Positions 11,288 through 22,400 of a stretch of DNA of 35,496 nucleotides are shown here, piece by piece. The DNA is taken from contig QPGO01000172.1 in assembly GCA_008632985.1 (NCBI GenBank), forward strand, positions 124,001-159,496. Reading direction: 5' to 3'. Under the pieces are notes generated by a model, which did no database searches, was not told the DNA's origin, and saw nothing but the letters and a program-made list of their open reading frames with translations. The DNA comes from Psammoneis japonica. Taxonomy: Eukaryota. Positions within the stretch are counted from its first letter, which is position 1. Each line of letters opens with the position of its first letter. A program made the position numbers and the translations under genes.

Positions 11288-11904
11288 ATGCTTTTCGACT
11301 TGTGGGATAGGCAATGACCAGTAGTCTTATTTGTTTGTAGGGACAAAATCTAGATGTATTACATACTTGGCTTAACAAATAACTGAACGTCTCCACGTCG
11401 ATAGGATCGGTACACTCACAGAATAGGCATGATTTGCCAGCGCATTGTCGACAGTGCTTCCTTTAGACTATCAAAAGCTTCGTCTATTGACTCAACAGAA
11501 ACGCAAGTGAGCCCAAGCATAAAGCATAATTGCAAATGTTAAGGTGAGCATCTCCTAGTGTATTATTGAATATATCCCTGCAATACGTTCTTTCAAGAGT
11601 GGCGCTCATTCCGCCTCTCGGATCTTCTTTTCTTCTCTAAAGCGTAGATCAGAGCTTAACCCAACTCAATTTTCGCTCATGTGCCCAACCAGTTCATCAA
11701 CTGAGACATATGACTCTACAGTCTAGCTTTGGCAGAGCTGTGATAGCTTGCCCTGCCTCTGCGTAAGCAGTGGTTTGGAGATTGTTCGAATAAGCACATT
11801 GCTCGAGTGATGGATACTCTCTGATTTTCATCTGTAGCTATGTATTAGTTCTATCAAGAACACAACGCACTGTCAAAGCAAGATAACGAAACTTCATGAA
11901 CGCG

Positions 11905-12160
11905 TCCTCTCAGTTGTACCCAAGAGTGACGTGGATGGCGTTTCAACACTGATAAGAGTGAGCTTGAAATACTTCGTTTGCGCTTATCCATGATTCCGAA
12001 TGTCAAGTTCAATGAAAGAGCAGTTCAAAAAGTTATCGCTGGAGAGGGAGGATCAACAATTAACCTATTCTAAACAGTGATTCATTCGATCAGCGGTTTG
12101 ACAATGGCAAAAGAGACGATCTCTGTGTTTTGACCATATGTTTTAGGGCAAGGTATTGAT
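11905..12160 (+). pseudogene. Degenerate partial copy of the 3' end of the gene at 14319-15286
   Basis: Aligns to 15063-15316 (tcctctcagttgtac.caagagtgacgtggatggcg ... tgtgttttga ... aggtattgat), with a 1-nt deletion after ggatggcg and further indels and substitutions. Confidence 0.9.
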
Positions 12161-12208
12161 GCCTCAACTTCAAGTTTAATTCTAATACTACTGTATTGTT
12201 CTCAGTAC

Positions 12209-13737
12209 TCATTCGACGTCGCTGGACGATTCCACATTGCCTGAAGCCCCTATATCGGGAGTAGCAGCATCTTCATTACCATCCGTAGCTTCCCATTCCG
12301 TTTTCAGGTTGGCGGACTCGTCTCCATCGCTTCGTACGGGCACTGCGATTTCGTTACGCCGAACAATTGGAATAGTATAGGGTGGGTTGTACTGAAACAC
12401 AACATGCGGCACAACGGCTCCATGTGGGACATCAATCTCTATGCCGTCCAACTCCAATCGTGAAAGGAGCGCATCCTTTTGACGGCATACTTCACCCTCG
12501 GTGACAAATCCCGTGAATCTTGCTACAGCCAATCTGGCCGGGGGTACATCGACAATCTTGACGGCACCCTTTTCATAGAAGCCATTTGCATCTTCTTGCA
12601 ATGGATCCGGGAAACCTTTCGCGTCGCTCTCACTGTCTTTTTGGAGATAAAAGCGCATTTCACCCAGTGATGTTGTGGCAACCGGTGTCGTCATGGCCAT
12701 GGTCTTGCCCTCGTCATTGGCTCCAAACAGATAGGCGGCAAGTGTATTAAAGGCAGCTCCTCCACTCGCCAAATCGTCTACCGAGTAAGGCTCATCCACC
12801 TTTGCCATGTTTGTCGAGGCCACCACGTATCCTTCGTATTCCCGAATCTCATAGCCCTCTCCCTCTTGTACCACTTTGTAAGCAGGACCCACCAAACCTT
12901 GCGGTGTTTCCGAAAAGATGTTTTTCGCTTCGATTCCCACGCTTTCAATCTGCCGGGTGAGTCGTTTCGGAATGCGAGACGGGTCCTGCAAATCCCCTTG
13001 GAGCAGTTCGAGATTGCGCCTCGCTTGATTGGAGATTGCATTGAAAATACTGGTTCCTACCTTTGGAAGCAAGGTTGGCAAATCGGCCGGTGGTTGCTGT
13101 GATTTCTGAGTGGCCGAAGCTATTCCCGGTAAGATATCATTTGTCAATTGACGAGCTACGGCTCGAGTTCCGTCCTGGAGTTTCTTACTTTTCGGTGTCA
13201 AGAGAGAATCAATCTATGATACATGTGTTGTGAAACAAAGAAAGAAGCGACGGGAGAAAAATGGTAAGCGGATATACGAAGAAAAACGCTCCTGACAAGC
13301 ATGTAACACCGGATCCCATCTACAGAGTACCGCAGCAACGAGAATGCAATACCGACCTTTCCATCTCGGAGTGCAGCTTGTACGCTATCACGAATTTCTT
13401 CATTTGCGCTCAAGAGATCACTGAGAAGGATTTGTCGTCGAGCAAGAGACGTGGCCGGGTCTAAAAGCTCATCCAAACTCGCTTGCCACGACGCCTCTAC
13501 TTCTTGCCCTTGATCAGACGAAGACGTTCCTCCATTCGGTTCTTCTTCAAGGCTATCGGCAAAAGCAGAGAAGGCGTCTGCGTTTGCCGTAGCACTGTCA
13601 CCACTACTGCTCTCCGACAATGCCAACAAGGATGAAAGAGCATGGCCATGACGACACTGCCCCGTCGTTGATACAACACCAAAACCAGTCGCTGGATATA
13701 CCAGCAATAGCGTCGTTGCACCAAACAACCACTTCAT
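12209..13737 (-). CDS. SOUL heme-binding family protein, probably plastid-targeted (exons 13737-13357, 13213-12209)
   Basis: Motifs PAYKVV..GYEIREY, AFNTLAAYLFGAN, MAMTTPV, LAVARFTG and QYNPPYTIPIVRRNEI. Signal MKWLFGATTLLLVYPATG-F. In-frame intron 13356-13214 (gtcggt...catag). Confidence 0.92.
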
Positions 13738-14318
13738 GTTGTTTCTTCTCTGTTTTGTTTGATATGATAGAAATAACTCAAATCTCACAGCCATACAACA
13801 AGAAAAATTCGGACGAACTGAAACAAGGATATGAAAGCAAAGTACCACGAGGAAGTGGGCAGTCACCACAAACAGGCAGCGGTGTTCTTTCGGCCGAGAG
13901 CGAGGAAGGGTCCGCGATCCAAAGAGGAGGAGAGAGGAGAGAGGTGGTCGTTTTGGTTCGTTGCGATAACACAAAGAAGCATGTTGGCTAAAAAAATCGA
14001 TGGTGCCGTCGGCATGTTGAAGTTGCATCCGCTCGATGTTTTGGATACGGTATCTTTTGATACGCGCGCGCAATTTGGATCTTTCCGATTTCCCTGTCTC
14101 CTTCGCGCTCATGACGCTCAATAACATCCAACATCACGACAATTAATCAACATGCCAGGAGTGAATGCATTGTTTACATGTAAGAGCTACAGGCTACAGT
14201 GCTCCATTGATCATACCTGCAACTTGTAGAAGTAATGGGCAACCCCCATCTCTAGTAGAGCACTCAGTACCCACAACGCTCACTGCTTCTCTACTTCCTG
14301 TCAGCGAACAACACCATC

Positions 14319-15286
14319 ATGCCCATTCAAAGGATATCTTGTAGCTCGATCCGTCGTCGTGCCTCCTTTTCCGTTGCTATTCTCTTTGCGTTGTTGTTGG
14401 GCCAAGCACCGGCATCTGTAGCTCAAACGAGTTTACCCGTCGTGGGACCATCAACACACAACGTTCGAGGTGGAGCTGCCTTTGGAAAACAAAATAAAAA
14501 GGTTGCTACAGCGGTGGTGACCTCGTCGGTGAAGCGGCAGACAGCATTCCTCTTGCCGACAGCGGAATGGACGGCAAAAGAAATTGGAATACTATTGCTG
14601 GGACTTGTTGCCGGGCTTTCTTCAGCAGCCGTCATGTGGCTAGAAAACGGCCTCTTGATTGATGTAGTTGCATGGCTGTGTGTATTGTTTGGGTCCAGTA
14701 CCGTGGTCTTGCAGAGGAAACTGACTGATTTTGAGAGTACGTCCGATGCCGTTTGGTGCAACACGCTTGCTAGTTGTTTGTTTCCACGTCACTCACGTAT
14801 ACGCATTGTTTAGCCTTCCGCGAGTTAAACAACGAGACGAGGGAGCAGGTTAATCTATTAAAGGCTGCCAACACGCGACTATCCAAACAGAACAAGCAGC
14901 TAGCGTCAAGCACCGCAAAGCTGGAAAAGGCGCAGTCGGCCTTGAATGAAATCAGTTCGAACCAAGGAATGACTGTGGATGCGTTGGTCAAGCAAGTAGA
15001 ACAGTATAAGAAAGTTCAAGATCAGATGAAACAATCGATAAAGGCAAAGATCCGCCAGACTCTCCTCTCAGTTGTACTCAAGAGTGACGTGGATGGCGAT
15101 TTCGAGATTGATCAAAGTGAAATTGATACACTTTGTTCGCGCTTATCCATGATCCCAAATGTCAAGTTCAACGAAAGGGCATTTCGAAGAGTTATCGCCA
15201 GAGAGGGAGGATCAATAATGAACTTTTCAAACAATCATTTGGCCAGCGACTTGACAATTGCTAAAGAGAAGATCTTTGTGTTTTGA
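14319..15286 (+). CDS. Hypothetical membrane/coiled-coil protein with EF-hand-like loop (exons 14319-14736, 14814-15286)
   Basis: Two or three hydrophobic segments. Intron 14737-14813 (gtacgt...tttag) joins the frames as DFE-T-FRELNN, followed by a coiled coil and a DVDGDFEIDQSE loop. Confidence 0.85.
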
Positions 15287-16987
15287 TCAAATAATGTAAG
15301 AGAGCTAGGTATTGATTTGCACGCCACAAGCTATTGTTTATTCAGATTGACGATCACTTTGTTTCTGTTTTAGTCTTCAGTAAATCCGAGTCTTCTTAGG
15401 TGAGACCCTCAATTCCACAATTTTGTGGCACAGACAAACCACTTTTCTAGCTTCGTTCTTCTCTTTTACAAAAGGTTACATATCGATCCTCCCTCCTTCC
15501 TTCATATGTTTCTCTATTTTAAAAGTACAAAAGGCTGCACAGGAATACTCCCTCCTTCTTTGCATATGTCTCTGTAAAATGGAGGACAAGACGAGCTAGT
15601 CTAGAAAGGGGGGAGAGAGAGTTCGAAGCACGAGCGATTACGTGACGAGCGAAGGGAGCACCGATGATAGCGCCGCAAAAACAACGACACACAACATCGC
15701 GGAACAGAAGCGTTGAAGGCGCTCTCAAAGTACACTCGACACATACATCACACAAGGACGTCCACAGCGACGGCATGCTACATCGTTGCAAACCTTGCAG
15801 TACTATGACATTTCTCCTGAAACTGGAGGGTTTGATTGGCAACGAAGAAACCGCATGCATAGACCACCGTATTAGGAACGAGTCAAGCAACAATAGAGAG
15901 CAACAAAGACACACTCACACTTATTTGAACAGTACCAAGAGTTCCAGTCTCTCGCTCTTCCACTAGGTTTTAGTAGTTTGCCACTGAAATGGAAGGAAAG
16001 CAATAGATTCATAGGGGAAGTACAGGTATCGAAAAGGAACGCACAGTAAATATTCTCACTTGATCCCAATGCTTTGAACAATAGAGCAGTGTGCTCGCCC
16101 TTGAAGTAAGACAGCGATATCCTTGTCCAGTGTCGTCCTTCTTTCGCGACAGCTGCACGTAGCTTCTCTTCTCCGCTTTCTCTTCTTCGTGGCTTGAGCT
16201 ACGGTGCCATCATTTCCACCATCAAGCGGGTTGTGCGGATTAACTACCCTCGATTGTCATCATTTTCAATGTCGGATGAGGACTGCCGTGATCCAACGGT
16301 TGTCGACACGGAGGGGGCTTGGCTTGTCCGAAACGACGTCGCATCGAATACCGTTCTGCGTCGAGTCCGTGGTCGACCTATCTGTCTTTGACATTTCTGT
16401 GATTTCCCCGGCGTTGCCTCCAGCGTGCCCATCTCGAATATCATTATTGCGCTGTGGCGGGAAATTCGCTCTACGAGTCGACAGTCTCACAATTTTCTCT
16501 CGCAACTTTTGCGTGTTGGGATGGGGGCCCTTTGTTTCACTGCATGAGAACATTCGAGGGCGACGACATATTGAGATAAAAAGATTCGCCAATACAAAGG
16601 AGAAGCAGACAGTTTCTTCTTGCCTCCCAATATCGATAACTTTGAAAAGCAGAGCTCTCCCCGTTGAAGTAGTTCTTCGATAACTTTAGCCAGCTTCGTC
16701 CTTCCTTCTCTACAGCGACACGTAAATGCACGTCTTCTTTCCTCTGCTGCCCAACGCGCTGCCTGTCCTTGGCAGTTCGTGCAGCGGCAAGTCCATTTCC
16801 ATGGTCGGATCCGGGCTGAGTGGAGCCAATAACAGAGGTGATGTCATTCTTTGCACCGCCAGAACCCGCATGCCCCGATCCGAGCGTTGCTGAATCCTAA
16901 ATCGAGTGCCGTGTTGGGTAAAGCAAAGCAATTTTCCCAAAGAGTCGATGGATACCGAGAGAGGTATCTACGAATCATTTTCTTCCT

Positions 16988-18077
16988 TTGAAACCATATT
17001 ATTGGGTAACAAATATCCGGCCTATGGATCAAACAAAGGAAATTCGAATTTGGTTAGACCAAGATTCAGTTACAATATCTAATAACTACCAAAAACACAA
17101 TGCGAGATCATTGATGTTTGATAGCATTGTAGTCGATGCCTCCTTTTCAGATGCCGCTTTGCCGGCAGAGCAAGAAGCAAATGAAGAACAGTCTGACACG
17201 GTGGATCTCTCAAGCTACGCGACTGCTCCAGGGAACAAGTTTGAGCCCATCGCCACGTTGTTAAAGTCGAGCGAAACTTCTAGTGGCTGTGAGGGACTTA
17301 CTCGATTTCTCTCATTTCTGCATTCATATTGTGCCAAGAATAGCAAGAAGCCAAAACGGAGAGGTGAGTTTGTATTAGCGCAGTTAAGATTTCGTGCGGA
17401 GCATATGTAGCAGGTACGAGTTGATCCACGCAGACGGAATTAAATCTTTAAAAAATTGGGATACCATTTGAGAGTATGTGGCGCAGCACTGTGCAGGTGA
17501 TCATCAAAACTCACATGATCTTTTAAAGAGCTAATGGGAAGCTCTAAAAAGGTTGCGCGACCGTTGCTCGTAGGGTCAAAGATTCTGAAATCCCAAAGAA
17601 ACCAACAGACCGATAACTTGAACAATTGAAGATTGCGATGTTCCAACTATCCAAGAATTGGCCCAAGTACTTTCCTGGGGTAAGGGTGTTCCTGAACTTT
17701 CATCATCTTGAAGCTCACGTGTACAGCTCTTTGGAACGGTGGCGGATGTCTGGTGCATTGTCGGAGGAGGGCTATGAGAATGCTAATCCAGTCGATAATG
17801 AAATACGACACATGCTTTTAAGTCTATGGCATCCAAAACACAACGAATCAACACAATATGCCAGCGACTACACAATGGATTGAAAGAAGAAGTGTCAGAA
17901 ACAAAAGCAGCTGTTGCAAAGAGGGTTACAAAGAAGAAGCGCGGTACTTACAAAGTTTCAAGCCCAACAAGAGCGAATGATGAGGTGGCGGTGGTGAATC
18001 AATTGACTATGATGGTGGAGGGAGGGGAATACGTCCAGACACCTGATGACAACCTCATGTTTGCAGACTGGAAGTAA
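16988..18077 (+). mobile_element. Decayed DDE transposase remnant, RAG1/Transib/Chapaev-like C-terminal region
   Basis: VFLNFHHLEAHVYSSLERWRMSGALSEEGYENAN (ORF 17626..17883) fits the H-x3/4-H...G-x2-SEE-x2-E-x2-N pattern around the catalytic Glu of RAG1/Transib/Chapaev. The region is broken by stops and frameshifts and followed by G13 at 18095-18107. Confidence 0.65.
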
Positions 18078-18947
18078 GTCTACCACATGGCCGAGGGGGG
18101 GGGGGGGTGCCGGATTCGTGGTGGGCTCCGTTTGATGTTCGCACCGACCTACGCACAACATCAAAAGAAAAAGCAAGATTTAGTCAATAGTATAAACTTC
18201 AAACCGTACATTCGCATTCTTACATATCCAATGACAACACAAGAGCTTTGAACCACAATAAAACAAAAACTAACAAGCCTTCTCACAATTTTTCCTCGGC
18301 GCAGCGGGTAGAATCGACCGGTGCAACAACCAGTGTCGATCGGAACAAGCAACAAAGCAGCGGATCAACAATACAGCAATCCACCTCACTCGCATTCTTG
18401 CGTGTTTATATGACAACATTAGACCTCGCTAAAGAAACAGAACCGAAAATCAATCGAGTACTCTTGCTTCTTCTTCCGAATGCAAAAGAGAGAAGAAATT
18501 GCAAGTGAGAAAATGGAAAAGTACATTTCAATATTTTTATACTGTTTGGAATTGCAGTACAGTAGCCCCATTTACCTCACCTTGATTATTCAAAAGAAAC
18601 AATGTTCTAGCTATCGACTGAATAAGATGAACCGAAACGAAACCCCGCCGTGCTACTTGTCGCTTGTCGGCACCCTCAAAATGCTTCAACATTTCTTCCC
18701 CATTATTGGCAGCTGAATTTCTTTACCTTCCAAGCAATTTCAAGCAAACAACCAAGCTGGGGCATTCCTTCGAATGTTGATAATACAAAGACCTGATCGT
18801 CAGTACATGTTACGCTTACAACGACCGTCGGAACACACACTTCCCGCGTCATGGTTATTATCGCGGAGGAAGGCAGAAAAAATGTGCGACCTCGGTCGAG
18901 CGTCCGTCCGTCGAGCATGTTATGTCGAGGTCTTGCCGTCACAAGTC

Positions 18948-19246
18948 TACTACAAATTGCAAAACAATTGCGCGATACACGTGCCCGAAGCTCGAATGTC
19001 GTTGCCCGAAGCAACATTCTCCCTTCGCGCAGATGTCAATTCTACGTATGATGTGGTATCAAAATTTTCATTTTGGTCCCAGTCATTTCATCAAATGACC
19101 TTGTGGTACTCTCCTACGTGATCTACGAAAATCGGAGCTTCGGGCTGGCTGGTACATTTTCTACAGGCTCTACGTGCGCGAAGCTCGAATTTCAACAATC
19201 ACCCTTCGGGCACGTGAATCGCGCAATTGTCTTGCAATTCGTAGTA
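18948..19246. repeat. 43-bp imperfect inverted repeat (18948-18990 / 19204-19246)
   Basis: tactacaaattgcaaaacaattgcgcgatacacgtgcccgaag vs the reverse complement tactacgaattgcaagacaattgcgcgattcacgtgcccgaag (40/43). Extra gcccgaagc-like motifs lie between the arms. Confidence 0.88.
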
Positions 19247-19303
19247 CTGTACACAAAATGTTGGAACTGTTTCTACGCTCGTGCAAAAATGTCGCTCTAC
19301 AGA

Positions 19304-19376
19304 CGCTAAAAAACCGTTAGACCTCGCTAAAAAACCGTTAGACCTCGCGAAAAAACCGTTGGACCTCGCGAAAAAA
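19304..19376 (+). repeat. 21-bp tandem repeat x3.5
   Basis: cgctaaaaaaccgttagacct x2, then cgcgaaaaaaccgttggacct, then cgcgaaaaaa. Confidence 0.93.
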
Positions 19377-19429
19377 GCTCGTGCGTGGAGGAAAGTGAGC
19401 TGCGAGGTCTGAGGTCCAGACAAAAAGTT

Positions 19430-22400
19430 TAGCGGCCGCAATGCGCAATCGAAATCACCAATCACAGCAACATGAACCATGATGAAGACATTATGACGGA
19501 CAACGCCGCGATGCATTGAGCCAATTTACTGTGCATGTGTCGACATCATTGTCGTCACCCGCAGCACGGCAATGACACCATTTGAGCATTGCATGCTCTC
19601 GTGCTTGTTGCTTCAATCCCAGCCATCATGTGGAAGAAGAGCTTTGCACACTGAACAGTGACGACGACACAGCGGGCACGAAAGAGCATGACGTGTCTGC
19701 CGGTGCATTGGGGAGGGCAGTGTGTCTTCAACTGCCATCATCTCTCCTCGAAACCGTGGACGAATCTGCTGAAATTGTCTTTGAAGCGCCCGAAACATGA
19801 GAAACGTCGATGGAACCCCGAGCGCAGCAGAAAGAGAGACAAGCCTGCAAGTTGAACCGACAAGCAAAACCGACGTGTGTTGCAGTTCGTTTTCATCACA
19901 GAATCGTGTCTGGAATTTGTTGGGAGAGTGTCGACACGCGGCGCAACTCAAGTTGCCTTTGACACACAATGGTGCGAGACCTTGGACGAAAAGCAAGAGA
20001 GCGAAGGGAAATCGTGTGCCTCGAAACAGATGCTGATGTTTGGGAAGAGCAGCGCACTTCCAACGGAGGTGGACATGGAACTGCATTTGCAGAAACCAAG
20101 CGTTGAAAGAGCACAGGCCCGGCAACAACGAAGCGGCGAATTGCAGCTCTCAAATCGCAACGAAACAGTTCTGACCAAAGAGCAGATGCGTGGATCCCAA
20201 GTGCCTCAGATGTCCCAGAGTTGACAAAGGAAGAGTCTTCCAACACTGTCCAACTCCATGGTTGCCTTTGGGGGTCTACCCAGAGCACATTTCTAAATTC
20301 TTTCTGGGGCCACAAATGGAACATGTCTTTGTCATGCCGTGCTTCTCAGCAAGGATTGCCGCGTGGGACTCAAAAGTTCAAGGCAAAAGGCCGTCGCAGC
20401 CAATCATGAAGAGACATGGTCCAGATTTCAGGGTCTTTGTCAAATTACACTCTGCTCCATTGGAGGAAATGGCAACATCCAGACTGGTGAAATTGTGCAT
20501 TTGGAGATCAGCGGCAAGACCGAAGGAGCAGCAGGTCTGTGGCTCCGGCAGCACGGCCGCGCGCAACTTGTCTTTTGCTCAATGTGGTGAGCACACTTTG
20601 CTTGGGAACAACAACATCGCTTGCTGTTTGCACTTTCTCACAATTGCTGCTTCACATTGCCATCAACGCTTGCTCAAACTTGGGCGAAGCTTGCCCCCTG
20701 TGTCGCTGGTGTTCTTTGTTCCTCCACTTCTCATGATTTGACCTTTCTCCTGAAGGAAATGGATTTGTTGACAAGCACTGCCCTTGGCATGAGGATCTCA
20801 ACGTGTGCAACCAACAGCTCATGAGTCACCACAAAGATTTAATCCGGGAGTGCGAGAAGCTTGAGTCATCGGCAACTTGTGTTTTGATGCATGTCTACGA
20901 CCCCGAGTTGTCTCAGGATTCGATCGTTCGTCCAACAAGTGCCGCATCAAGTGTCCTTTCCAAAAGCATTGAGGAAGCAAGGAACAAGCTTCAGCAAGCC
21001 TTTCTCAAGCTTTGTTCCAGCAGCGGAGGTGACGCCAGCCCACTCAGACTTGGGAAGGAGGTTTGTCATTTTCCATTGCCTTCTGGGTGCTGCATTTCCA
21101 CTTTTGAATGATGCAGGATTTTTTTCGGTGAAACCAACAATTCCCGTTGTTTCATCTGTGCATGCACAATCCAGGAAGTTCAAAGCTTGGCGAGCAACGT
21201 CGGCTCCACATCTTTTGTGATGCCCAGGCTTGGCTCCGCTCAGAGGGGCACTCTGCAAGGCGAGCTGAACATTCTGAAAGACTGCAAGCGACGTCGAACG
21301 ACATTCTTCTGGGTCAAGCTCATCCTCTGTGCAGTGCAAGAACATCGTGACACACTCATCAGCACAACTGTGCAGAGCATGCAACACATTTTTCTGCCAC
21401 GGCTTGGATCAGATGTCAAACCCGCAGAAAACTGAATTGTTTCTTGAATGTTTCTCATTCACGGCTCAAGTGCTGCATCTCCCGATGAGAAGGAAAGTCA
21501 ACTGCAGAGTCGTCGTCATCGTTTGATTCCAAGAGACCAGTTGATGTGGCGGCAAGACGTTTGGAAATGCCCGATTCTGTTGCAGGTGGTGGTCGTTCAC
21601 GTGTGTCTCAAACGCTCAAACGGCAAACGGCATGTTGTCTCTTGCACTCGCCCGGTGCACTCGATTGTGATTGCACCACACATGTTGACATTTGTCACAC
21701 ACGTTGACATTTTTCACTGTTTCTCATTTGACACGTTTTGGCAGAGCAGCCAAACTCGGGATCCGTGCTGTGTTGTGATCTGTGCTGCTTGACTCAACTC
21801 ACACATGACTGCCATTGCTTTTCACACTTGCAGCGGCAATTTATGGCAATGCAGTTTGCGGTGTGATGATGGCGGGTCTCACACTGATGCATCAAATCAG
21901 TGTTGGTGAATCATCACGCATCATGCCTTCGTGATTGGGCTTGCTTTCCTGTTTTGCGGAGTTGCCAAAAGATGCCAGTTGTGTGTGTTGTCTTGTCACC
22001 AAGGAGGTTCTTTGGCAAAAGCTGGATGCATTGCAGACTTGAACCTGGCCTTGACAGACGTCAGTTGAGCGAACCTGCTCTCAGTTTCTCTGCAATTAAT
22101 TTGCAGAGGCAGTCGCCTGCTGCAAGTGCACAGCCAGACTTTGTTGCATGCCAGCTCTTCGCGAGGACGAGCCACATGAGAAGAGCCGAGGGACGGCATG
22201 GACACGATGGATTGCCGTGCCCCAATTTCTGGCAAGCTCAAGATCAACGTGTTTTGCGTGCTGACACCGCCATGCATGCACACGCCTCCTCTGATTGCTC
22301 GCAGATGACTGAACCTTGAGCATGTTTGTTGGCGCACCAAATCTGATGTGTTCCATCTGAGTTGATCCGCCATCTCAGGCACCTTGTCGGAAGTTTGTCG

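Noticed and set aside
13738..14127. N-terminal extension of ORF 13198..14127
   Set aside because: The signal peptide begins at ATG 13737; the upstream part looks like an incidentally open UTR/promoter.
15480..16950. Short ORFs and a small ctccctcctt..catatgt repeat
   Set aside because: No recognisable motif or consistent gene structure; possibly decayed sequence but not supportable.
19304..19376. Possible CRISPR-like array
   Set aside because: Units are contiguous with no unique spacers, and the context is eukaryotic.
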